Positions 47,474-58,794 of a DNA stretch of 64,000 bases are shown piece after piece. Both the position numbers and the translations under genes were made by a program. The notes beneath the pieces were generated by a model. It was not told where the DNA came from. It was given only the letters and a program-made list of their open reading frames with translations, and searched no databases. Positions within the stretch are counted from its first letter, which is position 1. Every line of letters begins with the position of its first letter. The stretch comes from Fistulifera solaris (taxonomy: Eukaryota), in assembly GCA_030295235.1 (NCBI GenBank), contig AP026167.1:682001-746000 (forward strand). The letters are read 5' to 3'.

Positions 47474-48342
47474 TGACTATTCTAAATTGTGAACAAGATA
47501 TATTATTATGAATAGCAACTCATGATGTAACCACTCTACCAATGTTTCTGAAGTTTCGCCCTTATTTACCTTCTGAGGTGAAAATAAGTGATACAATAGC
47601 GTCAGGACGTACGAAAAGATGTAAATGACAGCTTTGCATGTCGCTGGAAAGGTTTTCAAGAAATATTGCGAGTGAAACACAAAAGCTATAGTAATAAAGA
47701 TCCATATCATGACTGAAATCCAGTCTTGGCGAAAAACGGACAACTCTTCGGGACCCTCTATAGTAAATACCCAAGGTGCAATCCAAAGATTTTCAACGGC
47801 AAACGCTCGATCTGTGCTTAGCAGAATGATAAACATTTGTATAAAGGAATTTATGTAGCGGGTACCAGGTAAGGTATACCATTTTGGACATGAAAAGCGC
47901 GAAGGCGAGCAATAACAAGATCTATCTCATGGCTGAAAATCCAGTCTTAGCGAAACACGTAGTACGAAAAACACGTTGGGTCTATACTACGTACTACGTA
48001 GATATAATTCCTGGAGACTGATTAGATGTCGTGCGCTCTCCCCAAGTACATAGAACGGTAGAGTCGAGATTTTAGTATCAAGTAAGTAGTCAGTCTTGTG
48101 CTCAGTTTCGTTTCCTTTTTAAGAACGCGTTCAACAGCAACGGCGAAAACATAAACATAGTAACACCCGTTTTCACATCAGCAGATCAGCTGTTGCATCA
48201 GCATGATCATACCAGCAATGGGATTGAAATACTCCGTTCTTTCTCCCTCCATACAAGTAGTTTGATTACGCTCATGGCTCTCTGAGCTTCCTTTGCTGAT
48301 ATTCGCATGCTTCATTTTTCAATCTAATTTCACAACTAGCAA

Positions 48343-49290
48343 ATGAATCAAGACGAGAATCCCTACGATGTGTTAGGCGTATCCGTCAACGCCACCGAAG
48401 CTGACATTAAATCAGCTTACCGCAAAGCGGCGCTGCGCTATCATCCAGACAAACAAACGAACGAGCAAGATCGACAAACTGCAACGGAAAAATTTGCAAA
48501 GTTATCGAATGCTTACGAAATACTCTCAAATCCAGAGCTGAAGCGACAATTCGACATTGAGCAGCAATACAGCCAATACGATCATCGCACTTTTCACGAA
48601 CCGTTTCGGCGAGGACATTTTCATGATCCGTTTCAGGTTTTCGAACAAGTCTTTCGCGAAGAATTTGGTCGATCTAGTCGTTCAACTCCTCGTGGATCTG
48701 GAATGAGAGATTCTTTCTTCTCTCCGGATCCGATGTTCACACGAGGTAGTTTGTTCGACGATCCTTTCTTTTCTTCACGAAGTCAATCACGAGGTGAACA
48801 ACGTGCTGGAGATTCCTCTTCGTTTTTCGATAATGATCCTTTCTTCAGCGCAAGCCCTTTTGCTGGATTTTTCGGAGGTCGAGATCCATTTTCAGAGATG
48901 CGTCGTATGCACGAATCATTTCACGATAGAACTATCGACCGCAATCAAGCCAACAACAGCAACCAACCCGATGGTTACATTACATCGACTTCCACTTTCA
49001 CCCGCATGATTAATGGGAAACAGCAAACAGTGACGGAACGGATTGTGCGGAAACGAGATGGCACGATTGTTGAGCATCACAAGGAGACGACGGGTGATGA
49101 CGATTTCCCAGGAACTGCCGCATTGCCTTTTTCTCACAATAGCAAGGACAAACAGCTAGAACAGCATCCATCGAACCAAAACAATGCGTCCGATTCCAAG
49201 CAGGAGTTGCAGCGACAAGTTACGAAGAATTCCTTGCAACGCCACTCATCGAAAACTCCCAGTGAAGGTCGTCGGGGCTGGTTCTGGTGA
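48343..49290 (+). CDS. DnaJ/Hsp40 protein (J-domain plus G/F-rich region, DNAJB6-like)
   Basis: Motifs PYDVLGV, AYRKAALRYHPDK and AYEILS, DPFF repeats, and an STSTFTRMING C-terminus. Confidence 0.92.
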   Translation: MNQDENPYDVLGVSVNATEADIKSAYRKAALRYHPDKQTNEQDRQTATEKFAKLSNAYEILSNPELKRQFDIEQQYSQYDHRTFHEPFRRGHFHDPFQVFEQVFREEFGRSSRSTPRGSGMRDSFFSPDPMFTRGSLFDDPFFSSRSQSRGEQRAGDSSSFFDNDPFFSASPFAGFFGGRDPFSEMRRMHESFHDRTIDRNQANNSNQPDGYITSTSTFTRMINGKQQTVTERIVRKRDGTIVEHHKETTGDDDFPGTAALPFSHNSKDKQLEQHPSNQNNASDSKQELQRQVTKNSLQRHSSKTPSEGRRGWFW

Positions 49291-49384
49291 ATGCATCATG
49301 AAGTAGGTCTTTGATTCACATTTAGGATTTAGATAATTGTATAGGAATGTAGATGATTAGCGTAATTCTTCCACGGTAGCTATG

Positions 49385-50332
49385 TTAGATTGTCACTTGG
49401 TCGCCTACAGCATGTGTGATTTTGGAAAGCTGCGACAACATGGCCGGCGGCCAAGCAATCGTCTCCGTCAAATATTGTTGGTCAACATATTTGAGTCGTT
49501 GTCGATCGGAGATTTCCAGAAACTTTTGTTGCGCTTCTACCATCTTTCCCGTACCCGCCAAGAAGACCGCCGACGCGGCTTTGACTTCGGGTGCATCCGG
49601 GAACCGATTCTCAATACGTTTCAGCAAATCATATCCTTGCTGCTTCTCATTTAATTGAAATTTGACCATCGCTGCCCGCAACCAATAAGGACTCACTTGA
49701 TTGCCCGTCATGCGAATGGCAACATCATAATTTCGATCCGCCTCTTCGTACAGACCATTGAGTTCACACGCCCGTGCTAGATTTTGCAATACGATATCAT
49801 CGGGACGACCCCGTAAGGTAGCCGCCAATCGCAGATCTGCCAAAGCCTCGGCCGGCCGATTGGTGTTGAGCCGAATGGTCCCTCGATTGAGATACAGGAC
49901 GTACTGATCATTGCAATTGACTTGGGTACACAAATCGATCGATTTTGTGTAAGACACTTCCGCCGCCGCCAAATTCCCAAACGCGGTTTGTGTATTGCCG
50001 AGCGAACTCCAACCGTAGACAAAGTTGGGCGCCATTTGTGTGACTTTTCCGTACAAACGTTGTGCGGCCATTAAATTGCCCTGCAATTCTAACGCACGGC
50101 CTTCCCCGAATATCTTTTTAGCATCGCCAGTGAGTTGTACAAGAATGTTGTTGTTTTCTTCGGCTTGCGCTAGTGGAGGTGCTGCAGTTGCGGGGATCAT
50201 CACCATCGCCGATGCGAGCATCTCTCTTCGCGACAACGCAGGTGATGGTGATGTGGGAAATTGCCATGCTCTAGCGGCGGCGAGCAAGATTGCTGTGATC
50301 AATATTGAACGTACAAAGATTTTATCTGTCAT
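49385..50332 (-). CDS. TPR protein, plastid (probably thylakoid lumen) targeted
   Basis: Signal peptide ending ARA-W, twin-Arg LSRREMLASA with hydrophobic stretch and AQA site, TPR helices, and a W.P.M C-terminal motif. Confidence 0.85.
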   Translation of the reverse strand: MTDKIFVRSILITAILLAAARAWQFPTSPSPALSRREMLASAMVMIPATAAPPLAQAEENNNILVQLTGDAKKIFGEGRALELQGNLMAAQRLYGKVTQMAPNFVYGWSSLGNTQTAFGNLAAAEVSYTKSIDLCTQVNCNDQYVLYLNRGTIRLNTNRPAEALADLRLAATLRGRPDDIVLQNLARACELNGLYEEADRNYDVAIRMTGNQVSPYWLRAAMVKFQLNEKQQGYDLLKRIENRFPDAPEVKAASAVFLAGTGKMVEAQQKFLEISDRQRLKYVDQQYLTETIAWPPAMLSQLSKITHAVGDQVTI

Positions 50333-50393
50333 CTTGAAAAAACTAGGTTACTTTGAAATTATCATTCTCTTTGGCTTTTTATAAAAAAAATGT

Positions 50394-50437
50394 TAGGTTA
50401 ATCATTCAAATAATGTAGGTTAATCATTCAAATAATG
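50394..50437. repeat. Perfect 22-bp tandem duplication
   Basis: TAGGTTAATCATTCAAATAATG x2. Confidence 0.9.
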
Positions 50438-51308
50438 CAGGGCGACGAGATCGATCGTCACCTCGATGCGTTGAGGTTTATGTGGAAGAGAACGGACGGA
50501 TGACGGACGAGCACTAACAATGTATGTTTTGTCTTCTACTTAGTCAGATCTAGGTATAGCAAAGAACGTTTTGTAAAGATCCCATAAAAATGATTGACGG
50601 GGGCTCTGATAGCTTCGACGTAGTAAGAGCTATATAGCAAGAACATTTCGCTCCAAGCCCTGCCCTACAGATGCTTTAACAAAGCCTTCCCACCGCACAC
50701 TATCTCTCTAGGCCTAATGCATAGTAAGATATCATATCAGATTAGCGTCTTCTAAGTATTGTCGACATAGAGGGATGATTTTCCTGGACGCTTCCATAAA
50801 ATATACCCCGAGTATCCGTTTTTGGGCATCAATGTTCAATGTTTACACGTATCCGCCATATCTCCTCGTCGAATGAGATGCATACGCAGACGCGCACACC
50901 CAGACAAACTACACATCGAAAGAGTGCGATTGAAATAACAAGACTGAACAGCATCGCACGTCACGACAATAACAATACCAGTAAACATCCATCGTCGTCG
51001 TATCACGTATCACCCATCATCCTCGTCGAGGCACAAAAGTGCCTCCAGTGGACTTGACATCCATTCTTTCCCCCTTGATAAGATAGATTGAATTTCAAAC
51101 GCCTATTTCGCTGGTGACATACGAGCAGGCCGGGCTCGCAGCTGCGTTCATCATTATTGAAAAATATCCAGAGGCGTATATCGTGACATTTATTCGTGGG
51201 TCGTGGGATCCCAACATTTGGAGAAAACCGTTGCTCGAGACAGAAATACTTAGATTGCTTTCTCTAAATGAATTTGAAATGATTTTGTGAACACAAACTG
51301 ATTTTTGA

Positions 51309-51929
51309 TTTTAGGATAGGAGAAGCATCGCTGAATTTTGCTTCTCTCTTTTTTCGCTGCGTTCTTCTTCTTCTCACATCTCCTCTCGAAGGCGACTGGG
51401 AGAGGTTTGATGTCCTCCCCGTATTCAGTTGTTGCCAAAGCTGTGGCCTGCGATCACAGCTTGGGACCGTATGGTTGAATACTTAGTGGGAGCGCATGAA
51501 GGGTTGTGGTGCGTATGTCCCGAGGAAGGAGGAGTCGTCTCGCGAAAGGGCAACCTCGTGTCGTCTCGACGATTCGCTTGCCTGCTTGCGAGGCTTCCTG
51601 CCTTACCGGAAAACACGCAGTTGGAGCATTGTGCTGGGAAAAGTTCTTCACCTGAGTTGTGGGATCCATGAGGCGTGCCGAAGAACTGCGTGCGCCGGTG
51701 ATTGGTGAAGCAATGGTAACGGTTGAGCGGGGTTTGGGGTTCACCCGCTGAGCAGCTTATGAAAGCCACATTCGCCTTTCCGCTCCCAACCGGATACATG
51801 GGCGTTTGTGATCGCTTGTCGACATCTGCTTAACGTCTTCGGAGCTCTTGCGGTGCTTATGAGTTATCCTAGAAATAGGTTAGCGGTTACGGGCACTAGC
51901 AAGGGTCCCCCATATGTCCCAGCACAATG
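51309..51929 (+). ncRNA. Candidate large structured non-coding RNA, unassigned family
   Basis: More than 10 mutually compatible helices with G-U pairs on the + strand, GCAA and UUCG loops, and a perfect 13-bp pairing 51627-51639/51917-51929. No credible ORF. Confidence 0.55.
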
Positions 51930-53235
51930 AAAATTTGACCACAGCGCCTACATGCTAACATTTGTTCATTTCTAAACCAAGTAAACTAAAATAATATATA
52001 AAATACAGCTGATGGATGCGCGTGGCGGGTACTGGCGACGGAGAAGCTCCTCCATCTGCTGCTGTATTCCGTGTGTTCAAACAGATTCATGTTTCATGGT
52101 CGTGAGGATTGTCATTTGCGCTAGTTTCTCTCCGCCTTTTTGTTGTGTTACGCTCTGGCGAATGCTATCAGTTGAACTGAAAAATTGCGAAACCAATCGA
52201 GCCACCAATCTCGGTGCAGTACTATGCTTTGTTGCAAGCTATTTGTTGCAAGCTATCCGTCGACACGGAGATTTTCAGAACTCGCTTTCGAATATTCCCG
52301 CTACAGCCAGTGTGTAGGAACTTCCACCTACGTCCAATTCATTCATTTCCCAGTACAAAATTTTCCATTTCCAACACGTTGAAACAGCGCATCGTAAGTC
52401 TAGTTGATTAAAATACCACAGATCCGCTTACATTGGCTGCAGTTGATAGTAGATCCTCGTTGCGCAAACATCCAACAGAATGCGGTATCGCCGCTGCTTT
52501 GACTAGCTATTGAGCAGATCGCAAGGAAAACTCTTCCTCATGACTTTTGTACATTGGCAACTCCATCGTTATTTGCCGGCTTCGCCTCAAATTCTTCCAA
52601 AGTAGCCTTTAGTTTGTTTGTCAAAGCACGAAAGAGGCGAGAGAAGGGCGTTCCGTCCTACCAACAACAAAGAGCTGAGGAAAAGCGCAAAAAGACGTTG
52701 CAATCAAAAGTCAAAGTAAAGCCTGCATTATGCCACCCAACTTGCTCCCAAGATTCCCCAACAGGGCCCGAAATGGACGGAAAACTCAGAAGCTCGATTC
52801 GGTTGCTTTGGGCTCTACTGTTCGAATGCAACTTTCCTCAAAACACGATGGATCGTCTCGAAACCAACCACATCATCTGGCCTCATCCTTTTAGGTAATG
52901 AAAAAGCGCCGTTACTCAAACCCTCTTTCTCTCAGAATCGTAGGCTGCATTCCAGTACGATTATGCGAGTTCAGTGCGGGTCGTCAGATATTCCGCGGCA
53001 TTTGATCCGTTCGTATCTCTTATCTTTCGTCAACAAATATTCAAGATGAAGCCACACCTCCTTACACCAATAAAATTTCGCCGAAATTAGCCATTAGTCT
53101 TGCACGACGATAGTGGCGATCCTCGAATGACTAAGGGCAACAATCCAGATGGGCTTTCATTGGATGATCTTCTTCGAAGTTGTGCGAACAAATTCCTTTG
53201 CATTATCCCATGACCGTAATTGGATACTCTCTGCA

Positions 53236-54327
53236 CTAAGCTGCCTCATCATTGTTCACGTCCTCAAAACGGTCATTGCCTATAATGAAATTCCACAGCA
53301 GATCACTAGCTCGAGGTACACGGAAAAAGCAGCGAACACTATGCAAAAGGACGAGTTTCAGCGAGGGAAGGGCGCTGATCAAAGCCTCGTCCAAGAATGA
53401 AAAATCTCGAATTTCGGAAAATTGCTCGGCTTTGAGCATGGAATCCAGCAGAAAAGGTTCTTCGCGCTCAATTTCCTCAAAAATTCGATTTAGCCGTAGA
53501 GACTGGTCGAGAACGTCAATATCACAGTCCAAAAGGAAGTCTTGTAAATCGGATCGTACTTCTAGGATTTGTTTCATATCGGCCTGCTCGAACGCGATAT
53601 CAATAGAGCGCGAAATAGCATTATGTGATGCAATGATACGCATCTTGATGATCGCAAGTGCGACGAATAGTGGCAGTTGTAGATTTCCCATATCGGCTGT
53701 GCTGTTTTCTTCAAATATATCAAAATAGCGACAATTAGGTTCGATCGGATAGGGACGACTCCGGCCATGTATCCCTTCCTCGAACCAGTATCGAATATAA
53801 GCGTAAGCTTCGTCATCTCGATTCAAATAGAGAAGAATGAATGGTATTCGAACACGAGCTTCGAGATTGTAACCAGCCCTTACTTTTATAACCTTTTCGC
53901 AGTGAAAGAGTGCAGCTTCCCAGACTTGTTTTATCTCACACTCATAGGCTGAATGCCAAAAGACGGTTGCCAGGGAAGTTAGATCACATAAGTATTCGCC
54001 CACTTCTGCAGACAAAATGTTATCGTTAGCTTCAAAATAACGCTGGACGACCGCACTGTCGTCCGACAAAACGTCCGAATCTTGAAGCGGGACGATTGAC
54101 TGTTCTACGCTGTACCATTCAGCCATCATTAGATTGCAGCGCTCGCGATGCCGTTTATCATGCTTCTTCTGACATTGGGTACTACAGTACCAAGCCATGT
54201 GGCAGCGTGAACACCGTATAAAGTCCGAGAAGACAATTCGATTTTCGTAGAAACGACAAGCAAAGCAGTAAGGCTCTTTCAAATTGGGGTCTCTTCCTTC
54301 ATAGTAAGGTGTTCTAATGAAATCCAT
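53236..54327 (-). CDS. MYND zinc-finger protein
   Basis: CFAC...CSRCHMAWYCSTQCQKKHDKRHRERC, followed by RVRIPFILLYLNRDDEAYAYIRYW. Confidence 0.88.
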   Translation of the reverse strand: MDFIRTPYYEGRDPNLKEPYCFACRFYENRIVFSDFIRCSRCHMAWYCSTQCQKKHDKRHRERCNLMMAEWYSVEQSIVPLQDSDVLSDDSAVVQRYFEANDNILSAEVGEYLCDLTSLATVFWHSAYECEIKQVWEAALFHCEKVIKVRAGYNLEARVRIPFILLYLNRDDEAYAYIRYWFEEGIHGRSRPYPIEPNCRYFDIFEENSTADMGNLQLPLFVALAIIKMRIIASHNAISRSIDIAFEQADMKQILEVRSDLQDFLLDCDIDVLDQSLRLNRIFEEIEREEPFLLDSMLKAEQFSEIRDFSFLDEALISALPSLKLVLLHSVRCFFRVPRASDLLWNFIIGNDRFEDVNNDEAA

Positions 54328-54769
54328 TTGTTCATCAGAACTGAATTTATCGCTTTTTTTAGTTAAAAAGAGCGAGATGAATGAATCCTCCTCTTGTTGT
54401 TCCCTTGATTTTTTCTTTTCATGTGTAAAACAAGATGGACAGAAGTTCCGTCAGTCTCGAAATGCTCCTCAATTTTTTGTTCACGAAATGACAAATCTGA
54501 CAGAAATCCCGTCTGCTACGATGCTTTTCAGAGATCATCTTCTGTTGTCTGTTGTATAGGCAAAGATAATTCAGACAGAATTTCCGTATTCTTAGAATGA
54601 TGCTTTGTTCATTCGCCGTATTGCAAACTCCAGCACCAAAGAAAACGATGTGGAATAAAACGTTAGGACTCTTTGCTGCATAACATGAATCTTCATAAGC
54701 ATTACCTCTTCATTTCATTCATCAATAAACGAGTATAACAAGGACCCTGAGAAAGACGCTGTCTCGACG

Positions 54770-56056
54770 ATGGATGAAGAGCAACAGCAAATAAGGGAGG
54801 AGGGAAACGAAGAAGCAACGCAGCACGAACATGCAACTCTGAACATTGCTGCTAGGGAATTAGAATCCATTCTTTTTCCGTTAGCTAACGCGGTAATGCC
54901 TACTTTGTGTCCGGAGCAAAACGAGGCTGCTACTTTTCAGCAAGAAAGAACCGACAATCACAAAGAAGATGTTCGTGAACGACGATGGAGGACTCGGTAC
55001 GAACAACTCGTGCAATACAAAACCCAACACGGACATTGCAATGTCACTGTCACTGACTTAGTTGACAGCAGAGCCTTTAGTGACTGGATTCGCGATCAAC
55101 GACGTCTGTGTCGACTCGGGAAACTAAAATCCGAGCGGAAGCAATTGTTGCATCAGATTGGGTTTGTGTGGAGCAATCCGGTTTGGATGGAAAAATACCA
55201 GGAGTTGTTGCAATTCAAAGAAAAGCACGGACATTGTAAAGTACCGACGAACTACAAAGAGAATCCGCGATTGTCGAGTTGGGTGCGGAATTTGCGCTGC
55301 GATCAGCTGCAAGGGAAAGTGCGGACAGATCGAAAGCAAATGTTGGATGAAATAGGCTTTGTTTGGCGTAAAACACCGGAAGATCGCGAGAAAGAAAAAG
55401 ACACAAAAACGACTACGAGAACTGATACGGCTAGTACCCGACTCGGAATTGAAAGAAGACGAACTGGCAATCAAACGATCCATGATCGAAAAGAAGAAGC
55501 CGAAAAGAAGAAACAAAAAGAAATCCGAGAACAGAAATTACAAGAGAGTGTCTTGCATCAAAAATGGCTCGAGCGCTATCAAGAACTCAAGGCTTTTCAT
55601 GAGAAGAATAGTCATTTTCATGTGACTTTGGCGAACGGAGGTCAACCTTTGGGAGATTGGATGCGCGATCAACGACGTCGTCACAAAGAAGGAAAATTGC
55701 CCGCGATTCGCAAGCAATTATTGGACGAAATCGGGTTTGCTTGGTCGTATTCCGTTTGGATGGATCATTACAACCAGCTTGTTAAATTCAAAAATGCTCA
55801 TGGACATTGTCGTCTTTCACCTTCTCACGAGAACCAAACCTTGAACGTTTGGGTGAAGAATCAACGACACGATGAAATAGCCGGTCGATTATCTAGTGCG
55901 GCCAGGTCCAGCCGTACAATGTCATCACGACGCAGACGCGTCAAGTGGACGATCCGTTGCGGAACAATAAAATATGAAGCAAGGAAGCAAGCAAGAAAGG
56001 AAAGGTTGTTCTGTATTACTGAGTATCATTTGTCATTAGAAGATTGTCTTGAATAA
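54770..56056 (+). CDS. Helicase-associated (HA) domain repeat protein; 4 HA repeats, the last truncated
   Basis: Repeats of W...Y.EL..FK..HGHC.V......L..WV..QR......L...RK..L..IGF.W. Confidence 0.88.
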   Translation: MDEEQQQIREEGNEEATQHEHATLNIAARELESILFPLANAVMPTLCPEQNEAATFQQERTDNHKEDVRERRWRTRYEQLVQYKTQHGHCNVTVTDLVDSRAFSDWIRDQRRLCRLGKLKSERKQLLHQIGFVWSNPVWMEKYQELLQFKEKHGHCKVPTNYKENPRLSSWVRNLRCDQLQGKVRTDRKQMLDEIGFVWRKTPEDREKEKDTKTTTRTDTASTRLGIERRRTGNQTIHDRKEEAEKKKQKEIREQKLQESVLHQKWLERYQELKAFHEKNSHFHVTLANGGQPLGDWMRDQRRRHKEGKLPAIRKQLLDEIGFAWSYSVWMDHYNQLVKFKNAHGHCRLSPSHENQTLNVWVKNQRHDEIAGRLSSAARSSRTMSSRRRRVKWTIRCGTIKYEARKQARKERLFCITEYHLSLEDCLE

Positions 56057-56077
56057 AATATGATATTACTTTTACGT

Positions 56078-56847
56078 TTACTTTCTTGGTATTTCGGAAG
56101 GAAACATCAAACTGGCCAAACCACTGGTCAAGGAACTAACCAATGTTGACGAAACGTAGGCTACGGTCGCTGCCGATTCCGGCAAAGCTGTCAAAGTAGT
56201 CGTATTCCTCAATCGATCCCACTGAATGAGTTGTTGCCGCAAAAGGCCCACGTTTCGTCGTCTTCGAAACGTGTCATAGTATCGTTACTGGACACTAGAT
56301 GCAATTCGGCAGCTACATAAATAGCTCCTAAACTGAATTGCTCCAGTGCATTCAAGGATGCCTTAGTATTCTCTTGACACAACGAGCACACCGTCTCTAC
56401 CATCGTTTGCAATTTCTCGGATGTCGTGACCACATATTCGGGTCGGGCACCGACCGCCATGGCTTCATGCCACCGATTCGCTTTTAAGAATTCGTGCTGC
56501 AACTTTAATCGAGTTGAAAACGCAAAATGTAGACGATCAACGAGAGACAACGTGCCCCATTCCTCGGCATAATTGTTGACTCGCTCCAAAAGTATTTGTC
56601 GCAATTGATCATTCCATTCATCCATACAAAAGGCAATGAGATCATATGGCGCTTGCACGAGACCGGTGGCGGCCACCGAAAGACGCGTATTCGAAGAAAC
56701 GGCGGCGGCGACGGCATCTTGCGTCCAACCATAAGCAGGGACGTGTGGCAAAGACGCGCGCAACAGCTGCACTTGCGGAGCAGACCAAGAGAAACAGCGG
56801 CGGCTGTTTCGCGACAGTACAGTACGAAGAACGAAAGAGCGATGCAT
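56078..56847 (-). CDS. COQ9: Ubiquinone biosynthesis protein COQ9-like (frameshift ~56243)
   Basis: Mitochondrial presequence, LRASLPHVPAYGWTQDAV, LGAIYVAAELHL and ETWAFL; the shifted frame continues to TAA at 56078. Confidence 0.8.
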
Positions 56848-57039
56848 GGTCGTGTGAAATAGTAAAAGGATGAAGGAAGAAGGGAGTTATTCGGGTGTGA
56901 GTTATAAGAATTACCAGTACGGAGTAATAGAGGCACCGGTGCGGTGAGCCCTGCTGCGTTACTGTACTGGTAACCGTGAGTGGGGCGAGAGCACTACGTC
57001 TGAGCGGTATCCAGTAATCAGTACTGTAGACCCAATGTG

Positions 57040-57471
57040 TTGCCCGTTTTTCGCTAAGACTGGATTTCAGTCATGAGTCATAAGAGATCTTGTTCGTACT
57101 GGCTTTCATTGTGTTTCGCCAACAACATTATTATTTCTTGAAAACCTTTCCCGTGACATGCACAGCTGTCCTTTATGTCTTTTCGTACGTCCTGACGCTA
57201 TTGTATCACTTATTTTCACCTCAAAGGGCAAATAAGGACGAAACTTCAGAAACATTGGTAGAGTGGTTACATCATGAGTTGCTATTCATAATAATCAATT
57301 TTTTTCACAGTTTAGAGTAGTCATTATTGTTTCCGTTTCTCGTATCCACAAAGGCGCGGTAAATACCGTCTCCAAAACGTTACCGGATTAACAACACCTC
57401 GTCCTACAGGTTTTGTTTGCAAAACTTGTCGTCGTAGATCACGATCAGCCGTAACAACTTGAATCCGCGTA
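57040..57471 (-). pseudogene. Inverted duplicate of 47326-47745 (3' end of the NYN gene plus downstream flank)
   Basis: Reverse-complement near-identity, including RIQVVTADRDLRRQVLQTKPV..RYLPRLCGY. Confidence 0.92.
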
Positions 57472-57728
57472 CCTGGTACCAGGTACTGTATGAGAAAAGT
57501 GCTTTAAGGAATTGTTGGCGAAAGGAACCATCCGCTCAGATATCGCGTTCGCGTGGATTGAAATGAATTCGGTCGATTTTTTAACATCCGGGACTGAAGA
57601 GCAATTGAGTCGTCGTCGGCAAAACGGTCGCTTACTTTTTGCGTGACTGTTAAACGTTTTGATGCATTGCAAAAGCGTTGGATTGCTAGTCTTTCCATTT
57701 TACAAAAGAATACAGCAATTGATAGATA

Positions 57729-58692
57729 ATGGAAGCATTCGAGTTAGTTGTGAGTTTTCTGGATCAGACATTTGTTTTACTCTATGTTGCTTTGATCGGC
57801 GCAACACTTCTTTCGGTGTTTTCGCCCTTTTCCGGCGACTCAGTCTGTACGGAAAAACGCGCTCTTCGTAGTGAATGCAAGTAAGGAGGAAAAGCAACAG
57901 TGTCTTCATCTAGAAGCTACTGGTACTGTTCTACTTTTCGCAAAGATCCGCTCGTTTGTACGCGAATGGGAACTACCTAAATCGTATTTTCTTCATTTTT
58001 ATATCATTGGTTTACTATCCCTGATGGTGTGTCTCTTCTGCTGCAGTTACCCCAAGTCTTCTTGTCAAATTCATTCGCAATCAACAATCACCAGTTCAAG
58101 GATTTTCCCTTCACTTTTGCTCCTCGCAATACATCTCTTGCGTCGGTTATATGAATGCATTTACGTACATAGATGGACCACGAGCAGCAAAATGCATATC
58201 ATGGGATATTGCGCCGGTGTAGCGCATTATATATGGTTACCCTTGGCGTTTGTGTCTGTGCCGTATGGAACGAAGGATGTAATGGACCACAACAATACTG
58301 TTCCTGTCGATGACGCGCGCTTTCTTCAAATGCTCGTATTTCTGTTGGGACTGTGGGCCCAGTATCAGCAACATCGACATCATCGTTTGTTGGCCAGCTT
58401 ACGCATCGATCCACAGACAAACAGCAGTCACAACAGCCCTAAGTATCGGATTCCCACGGGAGGATGGTTTCGCATGGTTTCGTGTCCGCACTATTTGGCG
58501 GAAATCATCTTATACGTGTGTTTTACAATTTTGATTCAGTTCGACCACCCGACGCCTCGCATGGGCCTCGTACTGCTATTTGTTGTTTTGAACTTGTCGG
58601 TGACAGCCATCCGAACCCATCGTTGGTATTACGAAAACATTCCCGGTTATATCCAATTGCAACGACGAGCTCTGATTCCTTTTGTTTTGTGA
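57729..58692 (+). CDS. Polyprenol reductase / steroid 5-alpha-reductase family (SRD5A3/DFG10-like); 5' end frameshifted
   Basis: Motifs YGKT, PKSYFLHFY, HLLRRLYEC, SKMH, QHRHHRLLASLR, IPTGGWF..VSCPHYLAEI, THRWY and RRALIPFVL. Confidence 0.88.
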
Positions 58693-58794
58693 GAGGTCCA
58701 TGCATGAGAGCGCCGACATTGAAATAAAAACGATAACAATATAAAAGATTAGGTAGAATGATAGCTCTAATTAGTAAGCGTTATGGGAAAGAAT

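Noticed and set aside
51479..51490. ATACTTAG as a U1 snRNA 5' end
   Set aside because: U1 requires ATACTTACCTG; this segment is paired in a hairpin and no U1 loop motifs follow.
51509..51900. Structured block as a group II intron or hammerhead ribozyme
   Set aside because: GTGCG at 51509 lies inside a long-range helix, there is no convincing domain V, and CTGAGCA...GAAA does not fit the CUGANGA core.
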